A DNA stretch of 64,000 nt from Longimicrobiales bacterium (GTDB lineage Bacteria; Gemmatimonadota; Gemmatimonadetes; Longimicrobiales; Gaopeijiaceae). Both the position numbers and the translations under genes were made by a program. The notes beneath the pieces were generated by a model. It was not told where the DNA came from, did no database searches, and saw only the letters and a list, made by a program, of their open reading frames with translations. Below are positions 29,396-38,899 of the stretch, one piece after another (position 1 is the first letter of the stretch; each line of letters starts with the position of its first letter). The stretch lies in assembly GCA_965208255.1 (NCBI GenBank), contig OZ242324.1, positions 970,016-1,034,015 of the forward strand. Reading direction: 5' to 3'.

Positions 29396-30997
29396 TTGAC
29401 CGGCATCACCGCGCCCGTCCACGCGCTGCCGGTGGACCTCGCCCGCGTCATCATCGGCGGCGTCCTGTTCTTCTATTTCCTGGGAGCCCTGCGCCAGGCG
29501 CGCGACTTCAGCGATCCGGATGGCCTGATCGACCACCGGCTCTCGATGCGGCTCCTCCCGCCCACGCGGCTCAGCCTCTTTCAGCCGGGGATGCCCGGCT
29601 GGGTGTTCCGCGCCGTTTTCCTGTGCGCGTGCGTGGCCTCGCTCTTCGTCGTGGCGGGATTCCATCCGAGGGCGGCTGCCGTTTTCCTGTTCCTGGCTGC
29701 CGTCTCCAACTACCGCTGGAACGTGCTGGTGGCGTACCTCGACGACGCCATGATGCACATCTTCTGTCTGTGGCTGGTGCTGCTGCCGGTGGGACGCACC
29801 CTGACCGTGCAGGGCCTGCTGGCCGGCGGGCCGGCAACCGGGGACTGGATGTCGGCGACCGTTCCCGGCCTCGCGCCGCGCGCGTTCCTCGCCAACGTGG
29901 TGCTCGTGTACGTGGTCGCGGGATTCTACAAGTTCACGAGCCCCATGTGGCGGGACGGATCGGCCATGCACGCGGCGCTCCGGATGCCCATCGCGCGCGC
30001 GCCGGGATTCTGGGCCCCGCGCTATCGCACCACCCTGCGTTGGGTCACCCATGCCGCGCTGGTCATGGAGCCTCTCTTCGCGCTCATCTTCGTGCTTCCG
30101 GCAGGGTCGCCTGCCAAGTGGCTGCTTGCGGCGGGAGCCGTGATCTTTCATGTGGGGATCGCGCTGACGCTCAAGATCCCGTATTCGAACCTTGCCATGC
30201 TGGGGGCTCTGCCGCTGGCCTTCGCCCCGGAGATCATGGGGAGCGGGCTGGAACTTCCGTCTTTGCCGGAGAGCTCCGCGGCCGGGCTCGCTCCTGCAGG
30301 CGTGGTGGCGGTCGCCCTGGTCGTGCTGATCGCGATCATGCTGTTCTGGGACATCATGTTCACCGGCACGCGGCTGACGGAGCGGTACTCGTCGCGGGGC
30401 TGGTACAACCCGGTGCAGGCGCTGCTGTGGATGGGGGGCGTCTATCAGAGCTACCGGCTCTTCGACTGGGTCGACGAGCGGAACTGGCATGTGCGCTTCG
30501 AGGTGAGGAGGATGGGGGGTGCGGATGCGGGTCGCCGGATCGGGGGCGCTGACGCGGGCCGGCATGCCGCGGGCGCAGACGCGGACGGTCGCGCGGAGGA
30601 CACGGATGCCCGGCATCACGTCGGCACCGCCGAGTCGGGACGGCACGCGGCGGCTGGCGACGCCGGGAGTCGGGACAAGCGCGCGGATGCGGGCCGTCAC
30701 ATCGATTCCGAAGCGCTCTTCCCGCAGAGCATGCGGCACCTGCTGCTGCAGTCCTACCTGGTCGACAACATCTGGCTGCAGTTGAGCCCCGAGAAGCTCG
30801 AGGCGGTTCGCCGGTCCCTGCTGGTCCGGCACGCCCGCCGCTACGCGCGGACACATCCGGAGGCGGGGACCCTCGACGTGGTCGCGGTCGTGCAGCGGGT
30901 GACCGCCGACAACCTGGAGCTGACCCGCGGCGAGCGTCGGCCGCTGATGCGCTTCACCTGCCGGGGCGGCCAGGCCGTCATGCACTTCCCGAGCTGA
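29396..30997 (+). CDS. HTTM-like (vitamin-K-carboxylase/SdpB-related fold) polytopic membrane protein with an internal GADAGRH-type repeat insertion
   Basis: N-terminus 'LARVIIGGVLFFYFLGALRQ', 'FLFLAAVSNYRWN', 'LWLVLLPVGRT', and later 'GVYQSYRLFDW' fit the HTTM layout. The TTG start is 2 nt after the upstream stop. The family call rests on pattern memory only. Confidence 0.45.
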   Translation: MTGITAPVHALPVDLARVIIGGVLFFYFLGALRQARDFSDPDGLIDHRLSMRLLPPTRLSLFQPGMPGWVFRAVFLCACVASLFVVAGFHPRAAAVFLFLAAVSNYRWNVLVAYLDDAMMHIFCLWLVLLPVGRTLTVQGLLAGGPATGDWMSATVPGLAPRAFLANVVLVYVVAGFYKFTSPMWRDGSAMHAALRMPIARAPGFWAPRYRTTLRWVTHAALVMEPLFALIFVLPAGSPAKWLLAAGAVIFHVGIALTLKIPYSNLAMLGALPLAFAPEIMGSGLELPSLPESSAAGLAPAGVVAVALVVLIAIMLFWDIMFTGTRLTERYSSRGWYNPVQALLWMGGVYQSYRLFDWVDERNWHVRFEVRRMGGADAGRRIGGADAGRHAAGADADGRAEDTDARHHVGTAESGRHAAAGDAGSRDKRADAGRHIDSEALFPQSMRHLLLQSYLVDNIWLQLSPEKLEAVRRSLLVRHARRYARTHPEAGTLDVVAVVQRVTADNLELTRGERRPLMRFTCRGGQAVMHFPS

Positions 30998-31011
30998 GGA
31001 CCCTTCACCCC

Positions 31012-32931
31012 ATGTGCGGAATCGTCGCCATCCTGTCGCGTACCGGCCCGGTCTCCGAGGTGGCGCTCGGGCGCGCGACCGAGGCGCTCGAGCACCGGGG
31101 TCCGGACGGCACGCGGAGGTGGGTTTCCCCCGGCGGGCGGGCGGGTCTGGGCCATACCCTTCTCGCCATCAACGATCCTGAAGGCTTTCAGCCGATCGCC
31201 AGCGAGGACGAGCGGCTGCGGATCATCGTCAACGGCCAGTTCTACGACTTCGCCCGGATTCGGGCGGAGCTCGAGGAACGCGGCCACCGCTTCCGCACCC
31301 GCTCCGACAGCGAGATCGCGCTGCACCTCTACGAAGAGCTGGGCGCCGGGTGCCTGGCGCACCTGCGCGGCCAGTTCGCCTTCGTCGTCTGGGACGAGGA
31401 GTCGGGGCGCCTCTTCGCCGCGCGCGACCGCTTCGGGCTGAAGCCGCTCTTCTACGCCGAACACCGTGGCGCGCTGTTCCTGGCGTCGGAGGCGAAGGCG
31501 CTGTTCGCGGCGGGAGTTCCCCGGTCGTGGGATGCGCGGGCGGTCTACCATGCGCTGCACGCCTGCCCGGACGAGCGGCGGTCGCTCTTCGACGGGATCG
31601 CGCAAGTGCCGCCCGGGCACATTCTTCGGGCCGGGCCGGACGGGGTGCGGCTGGAACGGTACTGGGACCTGGCGCCGTGGCCGCGGGGGCGGGGCTGGGT
31701 GGGGGGTGGCGGAAGGGCCGTTGGCGGATTCGCGGAAGCGGTCGAGCGGGTGCGCGAACTCACGGCAGAGGCCGTCGGACTGCGCATGGTCGCCGGCGTG
31801 CCGGTGGGTTGCCTGCTGAGCGGCGGACTCGACTCCTCGTCGGTGCTGGGCCTTGCCGCGGCGGGTACTGGAAAGCCCGTTGCGGCCTTCACGGTCGGGT
31901 TCGAGCGCCGCGACTATGACGAGAGCCCGGGCGCGCGGGAGATGGCGGCCGCGGCGGGTGCGGATCACACGGTCGTCATGCTGGACGACGCTGCGCTGGC
32001 CGACCACTTCGCCGACACGATCCGGCATGCCGAGACCCTGCAGTACAACACGCACGGGGTGGCGCGCTACCTGCTCGCCCGCGGCGTTCGCAAGGCCGGA
32101 TACCGGTCGGTGCTGGCAGGGGAGGGGGCCGACGAGGCCTTCTTCGGCTACGAGTTCCTGCGCGCGGCGGCGGGGGCGGGTGGGGGAGGGCTCGGACCGC
32201 GGAAGATCCTGCGCATCCTGCGGGGGCTGCTGCGCTCGCCGGCACGGGAATACCCCGGGCTCGCGGCCGTCTCCCCGTGGCTCGCCCGCATCGCGCTGCT
32301 GCTGCCAGCGGCTCCCTCGCTCTTCACGCGCCTCACCCGCGGGCTCGGGCTCATCCAGTCGGTGTGCTCGGACGATTTCCTGCACGACTTCGCCGGATAC
32401 GACCTGTACCGCGCCTACTACCGGCGTGCACGCGAGTCCGGCGCCCTCTCGCGGCGGGAGCCGTCGCGGCAACTCCTCTACCTCTGGCTGCACTCGCTGT
32501 TCGTCAACTACCACCTCGCCGCCGACCGTCTGGACATGGCGCATGGCGTAGAGGTACGCCTCCCGTTTCTCGACCACGAGCTCTTCGAGTACGCGAACCG
32601 GCTGCCGGTCGCGCTGCTCACCGCCCCTCCCGTGGAGAAACACCTGCTGCGCGAAGCGATGCGGCCCTACATCCCGGACTCGGTGTATGGCAGGACCAAG
32701 CGCGCATTCATGGCTCCTTCCGCAGTCGGCACCGATGGCCCGCTCCACGATTTCCTGCAGGACACGCTGCGGTGCGCGGCGGTGCGCGCGGTTCCGTTCC
32801 TGGATGCGCAGGCGGTGGCAAACATCCTGGACGGCCTGCCGCGCCTGGAGGCCCGGGATCGCCCGTCCGTCGATTCGCTGCTGCTCATGCTGGCCTCGGC
32901 GGTCGTGCTGCAGGAGGGGTACGGGCTGTAG
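31012..32931 (+). CDS. asnB: Asparagine synthetase B-type glutamine amidotransferase / adenylating enzyme
   Basis: N-terminal nucleophile 'MCGIVAIL', 'HRGPDG', 'RSDSEI', 'RDRFGLKPLFY' and PP-loop 'LLSGGLDSSSV'. Confidence 0.85.
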   Translation: MCGIVAILSRTGPVSEVALGRATEALEHRGPDGTRRWVSPGGRAGLGHTLLAINDPEGFQPIASEDERLRIIVNGQFYDFARIRAELEERGHRFRTRSDSEIALHLYEELGAGCLAHLRGQFAFVVWDEESGRLFAARDRFGLKPLFYAEHRGALFLASEAKALFAAGVPRSWDARAVYHALHACPDERRSLFDGIAQVPPGHILRAGPDGVRLERYWDLAPWPRGRGWVGGGGRAVGGFAEAVERVRELTAEAVGLRMVAGVPVGCLLSGGLDSSSVLGLAAAGTGKPVAAFTVGFERRDYDESPGAREMAAAAGADHTVVMLDDAALADHFADTIRHAETLQYNTHGVARYLLARGVRKAGYRSVLAGEGADEAFFGYEFLRAAAGAGGGGLGPRKILRILRGLLRSPAREYPGLAAVSPWLARIALLLPAAPSLFTRLTRGLGLIQSVCSDDFLHDFAGYDLYRAYYRRARESGALSRREPSRQLLYLWLHSLFVNYHLAADRLDMAHGVEVRLPFLDHELFEYANRLPVALLTAPPVEKHLLREAMRPYIPDSVYGRTKRAFMAPSAVGTDGPLHDFLQDTLRCAAVRAVPFLDAQAVANILDGLPRLEARDRPSVDSLLLMLASAVVLQEGYGL

Positions 32932-32938
32932 GGAGAGC

Positions 32939-34864
32939 CTATCCCCCGAGCCCGAACGCCAGCAGCGCCGCCCCTTCCCGTTCACCCGTCGCGATGACCA
33001 CCAGTTGCCGCTCGTCGCGGGTCTCGAAGGTCATCGGGTTGGCGTAGGCGCGCGCGGGCAGCCGGCCCTCCCACAGCACCTCTCCGCTCGCCGCGTCGAA
33101 GGCGTACAGGATGTCCGAGCCGCCGGTGAGGAAGACCAGGCCGCCAGCGGTCGCGAACGGGCCCGGCGCCCCCACCACCCCCAGCCGGGCGGGCAGGTCG
33201 AGCCCGGCCAGCGCGGGGTGGCCCGCGATCTCGGGGCGCTCGCCGACCGCCTCCTGCCAGAGAATCGCGCCGCCGTTCATGTCGATGGCCGTGAGGGTCC
33301 CGTACGGCGGGTTGGAGATGGGCAGCCCGTCCACCGTCAGGGTGCGGGACGCGCTGCGGTCGATGGCGTAGTCGCCCACCGTGGTGGTCGGGTCGGCCGG
33401 CGCGATCTTCAGCAGGCTGGCCTCCTCGGAGGACTTCACGAACAGGATCGCGCTCGCCGGGTCGACCGCCACCCCGCCCCAGTTGCCGCCGCCCAGGATG
33501 CCGGGCATGGCGATGGTGCCCTCCATGGAAGGCGGCTCGTAGAGGGGACCGAAGCGGTAGCCGGCGGTGAGTTCCTCCGCGCGGCGGCGGAGGTCGGGGG
33601 TGAGGTCGATGAGGTCGTCGGTCGTGAAACCCTGACGGGCGAAGGGGGGCGGGGAGGTGGGGAAGGGCTGGGTGGCGGCGGTGACCTCACCGGGCACGTC
33701 GCTCGGCGGCACCGGCCGCTCCTCGATGGGCCACACCGGCTCGCCGGTCTCGCGGTCGAAGGTGTAGACGAAGCCGGTCTTGCCGGCCACCGCCACCGCG
33801 TCGACCGCCCGGCCGTCCACCGTCACCGTGAACAGCACCGGTGCCCCCGGCAGGTCGAAATCCCACAGCCCGTGGCGCACGGTCTGGTAGTGCCACGCCA
33901 GCTCGCCGGTGCGCGCGTCCAGGGCCACCAGCGACTCCGCGTACAGGTTGTCGCCCAGGCGGTGGCCGCCGTAGTAGTCGTTGGACGGGGTGCCGATTCC
34001 CGCATACAGGAGTCCCCGCTCCTCATCCACCACCATCGGCGCCCACGCGTTGGTGTGCCCGGTGTAGTCCCAGCTGCCGTCCTCCCAGGTCTCGTTCCCG
34101 GGCTCGCCGGGTTGTGGAATCAGGTTGAACGACCACATCAGCTCGCCGGTGTGCACGTCGAAGGCCTGCACGTTGCCGGGCGGATCGCGCGGGTAGACGA
34201 AGCCGTCCCACACCCCGTTGCCGATGATCACCAGGTCCTCGAAGACCACCGGCGGCGACGTCTGCGTGTAGTGCAGGCGGTTGGTGGGCCAGAGCAGCTG
34301 CTCGGTGAGGTCGATCTCCCCCCGGTGCCCGAACGACTGGATCGGCTCGCCGGTGGCGGCGTCGAGCGCGATCAGGCGCCAGCGCGTGTTGAGGAAGATC
34401 CGCCGCGCGCCGGGCCCGCTCCACACGGCCACCCCGCGGTGCACGAAGCCGGTTCCGTTAGGCGGCTGACCCCACTCCACGGTGCGCGGATCGTACTCCC
34501 ACAGCGGGCGTCCCGTGCTGCCTTCCAGCGCGATGACCCGGTTGTAGGCCGTGCTGAAGAAGAGCGTATCGTTGAACGCCAGCGGCGTAGTCTCGAAGTT
34601 GCCGGGCCGCACCTCCTGCCCGCGGATCGGCGCCTGCGGGCCGGAAATGGGCCGTTCGCCCGTCTCCCAGCTCCACGCCAGCTCGAGCTCGCCCACGTTC
34701 GCGGGCGTGATCTGGTCGAGGGGCGAGTACTTGGCGCCCCCCGCGTCGCGGCCGTAGGCGACCCAGTCGCCGTCGCCGGGCGGCTGGGGCGCGGGTCCCG
34801 AGTCGGTGCAGGCGGCCAGCAGAACGAGCGCGCAGGCGCACACCGGGGCGGCGGGATGTCTCAT
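32939..34864 (-). CDS. PQQ-dependent dehydrogenase (glucose/quinate/shikimate family), lipoprotein
   Basis: Lipobox 'LLAACTD'. Contains 'DWVAYGRDAGGAKYSPLDQI', 'ALDAATGE', 'WDYTGHTNAWAPMVVDEE', 'GDNLYAESLVALDARTGELAWHYQTVRHGLWDFD' and 'GNWGG'. The ATG at 34864 was verified. Confidence 0.85.
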   Translation of the reverse strand: MRHPAAPVCACALVLLAACTDSGPAPQPPGDGDWVAYGRDAGGAKYSPLDQITPANVGELELAWSWETGERPISGPQAPIRGQEVRPGNFETTPLAFNDTLFFSTAYNRVIALEGSTGRPLWEYDPRTVEWGQPPNGTGFVHRGVAVWSGPGARRIFLNTRWRLIALDAATGEPIQSFGHRGEIDLTEQLLWPTNRLHYTQTSPPVVFEDLVIIGNGVWDGFVYPRDPPGNVQAFDVHTGELMWSFNLIPQPGEPGNETWEDGSWDYTGHTNAWAPMVVDEERGLLYAGIGTPSNDYYGGHRLGDNLYAESLVALDARTGELAWHYQTVRHGLWDFDLPGAPVLFTVTVDGRAVDAVAVAGKTGFVYTFDRETGEPVWPIEERPVPPSDVPGEVTAATQPFPTSPPPFARQGFTTDDLIDLTPDLRRRAEELTAGYRFGPLYEPPSMEGTIAMPGILGGGNWGGVAVDPASAILFVKSSEEASLLKIAPADPTTTVGDYAIDRSASRTLTVDGLPISNPPYGTLTAIDMNGGAILWQEAVGERPEIAGHPALAGLDLPARLGVVGAPGPFATAGGLVFLTGGSDILYAFDAASGEVLWEGRLPARAYANPMTFETRDERQLVVIATGEREGAALLAFGLGG

Positions 34865-34920
34865 GGCGGTGACCGGGTTCGAGGTAGCTGGAAATCGCTC
34901 CGGCCTACCCGGAGCCCGCC

Positions 34921-36063
34921 CTAATCTCCGCCGGGCCTCTTGGGAAGGAAAGGCACCGAGTCTCCCTGCGCGACCATCCACTGCTCGAACTTCTGATACC
35001 GCTGCCAGTAGCTGTCGGGCGGGGACCTGCGCCAGAAGACGCCCTCGATGGGGAGCAGATAGGAGTCGTCGGGGTTGTCGGCGAGCGGGCCGAACACCGC
35101 CCGTCCACCCGCGTGCTCCACCGGCTCGGGGGTGCGGAAGAGCCACTGGGCAACCGCGATGGTCGTGTCGGGGCTGATAATCAGCGTGCCTTCCATCGAC
35201 GGGTCGTCGTCGTCCCGGGCGCAGAACACCAGCGTCACGCTCCCGTCTTCGTCGGGCTCCTCGGCCGTGTCGAAGCGGAAGCGATGCCGATCGCCGAAGA
35301 ACTCTCCCGCGAAGTGCGGGGCGAAGTCCGCCTCCAGCGGAGGATAGACCCAGGACGTGTACGACTGCTCGGGGGTGGATCTCCGGATCTGGTACGCGTA
35401 CCCCTCGCGCTCGATGCGCCGCCGCCAGCTGAAGCGGAGCAGGGAAGATGAGCCGCGCTGGGCGATGGCTTCACCCGCGGCCTGCACCGTCCCCACTTCG
35501 CCCTCCGGCAGGATCGACTCCACGGACGCCAGATAGGTGGCCACCCCCAGGGTGTCGAGTCCCTGGTTATACCGTGCGGCAGCATGCTCCCACAGGCGTC
35601 GCGCGTCGCGCTCCTCCCCGCCGGCACAGCGGTCCCGTTGCGCATCCACGACCAACTCGGGGAGCGGAATGGGCTCGCGCGTGAGCCGGATCTCGTAGGC
35701 GTCGACACCCTCGACGATCTGCACGACCTCGGGATGGTACCCGAGCTGTCCCGCGTACAGGGCGCGGATCCGCTCCGCCAAGTCGGCGGGGAACAGAAAC
35801 CAGCCCTCCTCGTTGGCCAGCCGGCCTCCGATCTTGCGGTCCGATGCCCATGCCTCCACGGCGGCGCCGGAGACGGGATCGCCCTCCTCGTTGAGCACGT
35901 AGCCCGTGATCTGGGCCTGCGCGGGGGCTCCCGCGGCGAGGCCGAACATCAGAAGGAAGAAGGCCCTCAGGGAGTGGGCGGTTCCGGCGCGGATACGGTC
36001 ATGCGCCAGCGTGATGCTGCGATGCGGCTTCCGCCGGACGATTGGAAGCTGTTCGATGGCCAT
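34921..36063 (-). CDS. Hypothetical secreted protein with an N-terminal carboxypeptidase-regulatory-like beta-sandwich
   Basis: Signal-like 'FFLLMFGLAAGAPAQA', then 'ITGYVLNEEGDPVSGAAVEAW'. The rest was not recognised. Confidence 0.45.
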   Translation of the reverse strand: MAIEQLPIVRRKPHRSITLAHDRIRAGTAHSLRAFFLLMFGLAAGAPAQAQITGYVLNEEGDPVSGAAVEAWASDRKIGGRLANEEGWFLFPADLAERIRALYAGQLGYHPEVVQIVEGVDAYEIRLTREPIPLPELVVDAQRDRCAGGEERDARRLWEHAAARYNQGLDTLGVATYLASVESILPEGEVGTVQAAGEAIAQRGSSSLLRFSWRRRIEREGYAYQIRRSTPEQSYTSWVYPPLEADFAPHFAGEFFGDRHRFRFDTAEEPDEDGSVTLVFCARDDDDPSMEGTLIISPDTTIAVAQWLFRTPEPVEHAGGRAVFGPLADNPDDSYLLPIEGVFWRRSPPDSYWQRYQKFEQWMVAQGDSVPFLPKRPGGD

Positions 36064-36148
36064 CGGCGGTCTGGACGGGATCGGGAAGTGTGCCTGCTCT
36101 GTCTGTCTAATCGGATGAACGGCGCCAGGTTCCGGTTGCCTGGCTCCT

Positions 36149-37699
36149 TCAGCCTTGCCGGGCGGCGGCACGAAGCCCTTTCCACACGCTGAAGCACATC
36201 GCCAGCAGCAGCAGGGCGAAGGGGAAGCCGGTGATGAGCGCAGCCGTCTGGAGCGCCACCAGTCCGCCGCTCACCAGGAGCGTGATGGCGACGATGCCTT
36301 CGAAGGTGCACCAGAAAACGCGCAGCCCGACCGGGGTGTCGATCTTGCCGCCGGCGGTAATCGTGTCGATCACCAGCGAGCCGGAATCGGAGGAGGTGAT
36401 GAAGAAGATGGCCACGAGCACGATGGCGATACCCGAGGTGACGCCTCCGAGCGGGAGCGTCTCGAGCAGCCTGAACAGGGCCAGTTCGAGTTGCCCGGCC
36501 CCGACCGCTTCGACCACCGCCGTCTGACCGCCATCGATATGCAGCGACAGTGCGGTCGCCCCGAATGCGTTCATCCAGAGCGCGGAGAGGAGCACCGGGA
36601 CGACCAGCATGCAGCCGACGAGCTGGCGCACCGTCCGGCCGCGCGAGACCCGCGCGATGAACAGGCCGACGAAGGGTGCCCACGAGAGCCACCACGCCCA
36701 GTAGAAGGTGGTCCACCCGTGCATGAAGTCGAGGTCGTCACGCCCGATCCAGATGCTGAGCGGGCCGATTGCGGCGAGATAGTCACCGATGCCGGCGACG
36801 AACCCGGAGAACACGTCCAGCGTCGGCCCCGCCGCCAGCACGAACGCGAGCAACAGCAACGCCAGGAACAGGTTGATCTGGCTCAGGCGCTTGATCCCCT
36901 TGTCCATTCCGGACACCACGGAGAGCGTGGCGATGGACGTGACCCCGGCGATCACCAGCACTTTGGTGGTGTCGGTGGCCGGGACACCGAACAGATGAGC
37001 CAGCCCCGCCGCCAGCTGTTCGGCGCCCAGTCCGAGCGAGGTCGCCAGCCCGAAAAGCGTGGCGAAGACCGCCATGATGTCGATGCAGTGGCCGAACCGA
37101 CCCCACACGGCGTCCCTCAGGAGGGGATGGAACGCCGAGCGTATGGTCAGCGGCAAGCGGAGGTTGTAGGCGGCAAAGGCGAGCGCGAGGGCGACGACTG
37201 CGTAAATCGCCCACGGGTGGATGCCCCAGTGGAAGATCGCCGATGCGACGGCCATGCTGCGCGCGGCGGCGGTGTCCGCGGCGTCGACTCCGAGCGGCGG
37301 GTCGAGGAAGTGCTGCACCGGTTCCGCCACGCCGAAGAACATGAGACCGATGCCGATGCCGGCCGCGAAGAGCATCGCGAACCACGACCAGAGGGAATAG
37401 TCCGGCCTGGCGTCCGGGCCCCCGAGGCGCACGCGACCGACCGGCGTCGCCAGCAGCAGGATGCAGAACAGGAGGAAGACGTTGGCCGCCCCCATGAACA
37501 CCCAGTCGAACGTTGAGACCAGCCAGCCGTACAGCCAGTCGAAGACGCCGCCGGCGGCGTCCCGGAATCCCAGCACGCCGACTACGAAGGCAATGATCGT
37601 GAGGCTGGAGACAAAGAAGACCGGCCTGTGGACCTCGAGGCTGAGGAACTTGACGTTGTCCCGGCCGATCTCGTAGTCGGTCTGCGTGTCGAAAGGCAT
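36149..37699 (-). CDS. BCCT-family (betaine/carnitine/choline) transporter
   Basis: Contains 'RLGGPDARPDYSLWSWFAMLFAAGIGIGLMFFGVAEP' and 'WTTFYWAWWLSWAPFVGLFIARVSRGRT'. The ATG at 37699 was verified. Confidence 0.9.
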   Translation of the reverse strand: MPFDTQTDYEIGRDNVKFLSLEVHRPVFFVSSLTIIAFVVGVLGFRDAAGGVFDWLYGWLVSTFDWVFMGAANVFLLFCILLLATPVGRVRLGGPDARPDYSLWSWFAMLFAAGIGIGLMFFGVAEPVQHFLDPPLGVDAADTAAARSMAVASAIFHWGIHPWAIYAVVALALAFAAYNLRLPLTIRSAFHPLLRDAVWGRFGHCIDIMAVFATLFGLATSLGLGAEQLAAGLAHLFGVPATDTTKVLVIAGVTSIATLSVVSGMDKGIKRLSQINLFLALLLLAFVLAAGPTLDVFSGFVAGIGDYLAAIGPLSIWIGRDDLDFMHGWTTFYWAWWLSWAPFVGLFIARVSRGRTVRQLVGCMLVVPVLLSALWMNAFGATALSLHIDGGQTAVVEAVGAGQLELALFRLLETLPLGGVTSGIAIVLVAIFFITSSDSGSLVIDTITAGGKIDTPVGLRVFWCTFEGIVAITLLVSGGLVALQTAALITGFPFALLLLAMCFSVWKGLRAAARQG

Positions 37700-37914
37700 G
37701 GCAGACAGGGTAACGGGAACGGGCGCGGCATGCCCCTGGGCCGGCGGATCTCGCTTGGGCCGGCCCGCTGCGAAGACGGCGAGGCCGCGGATGTCGATGC
37801 TCCAGGCCTCAACCGCCTCCGAGGCGGCTTGCCTGCGGCTGGGCGCGTGTCTAGCGTCGAAAGCCCGGACAACTGGCGACCCGTTCGTGCGACCCGCGCG
37901 ATTGGAGGACTTCG

Positions 37915-38784
37915 ATGACAACCGGCAGCGCAGTCACGCTCCGATGCAGGACCGGATGGGTGGCGGTCCTGGCCCTGCTCCTCACCTCGTGCGGCAGAGC
38001 GGAACGGGAGCGGGAGGCGGCCGTGGAAGCGGCCAGGGTCGCCACGGTGATGGAGATCGAGCGAGCCCTGTCACAGGCGCTCGGCCTCACGGACCAGGAG
38101 GCCGGCAGGGCCAACGACATTCTCTCTCCCCTCCCGGTCATGACGACGGCCCAGGAGAACGCGCTCCGCCGCTTCCTCAACGCGTCGCACGTGGCCCGCG
38201 CCCGCGAACTGGGCGTGCGGGTGGCCGACCGCGCTGCCAGAGACTCCCTGGTCGCGGCGGGGCGGCTGGTTGAGCTGGAGGACAGCACGGCTCACTGGAT
38301 CGTGCGTCCCGGCACCTCCCCCACGTACATGGTTCCCGAGGTGCCCGCCCTGCTCGAGCAGCTGGGCCGGCGCTTCCAGGATCGCCTCGCGGAGATGGGG
38401 CTGCCGCCCTACCGAATCGAGGTCACGAGCGCCCTGCGCACATCCGAGCGGCAGGCACGTCTGCGGGGCAGGAATCCCAATGCGGCCGCCGGCGTGAGCT
38501 CACACGAGTTCGGCACCACCGTGGACCTCTCCTACGCCGCGTTCGCGCCACCGGCCGAGCGGCCGCCGGAGATTCTCGCCGGCGTGCCCGCGGAGTTCGC
38601 GCCGCACATGGAGCGCATAGTGGACCTGGCGCTGGAGTCGGTTTCGGGCCGGAAGTCCCGCGAACTGGGCGCCATCTTCAGCCGGGTGCTCCTGGAAGCG
38701 CAGTCCGAGGGGCTGGCCCTCGTGATCTACGAGCGTCAGCAGACGGTGTATCACGTCACGGTGGGAAGGGCGTTGGCGAATTGA
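37915..38784 (+). CDS. Lipoprotein with a peptidase-M15 (VanY/LD-carboxypeptidase)-like core
   Basis: Lipobox 'LLLTSCG'. 'TSALRTSERQARL' and 'SSHEFGTTVDLS' resemble the SxHxxGxAxD zinc-site motif. Confidence 0.45.
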   Translation: MTTGSAVTLRCRTGWVAVLALLLTSCGRAEREREAAVEAARVATVMEIERALSQALGLTDQEAGRANDILSPLPVMTTAQENALRRFLNASHVARARELGVRVADRAARDSLVAAGRLVELEDSTAHWIVRPGTSPTYMVPEVPALLEQLGRRFQDRLAEMGLPPYRIEVTSALRTSERQARLRGRNPNAAAGVSSHEFGTTVDLSYAAFAPPAERPPEILAGVPAEFAPHMERIVDLALESVSGRKSRELGAIFSRVLLEAQSEGLALVIYERQQTVYHVTVGRALAN

Positions 38785-38899
38785 ACCAACCATCCCTCGT
38801 TCCGGTTTCCGGGCGCGGTCGAACACTGGATGCGGATGCAGGCGAGCTACCAGCTTGCGCGGGCGCGCTGCCAATGATCGCTGGCTATTGGAGGACCAG

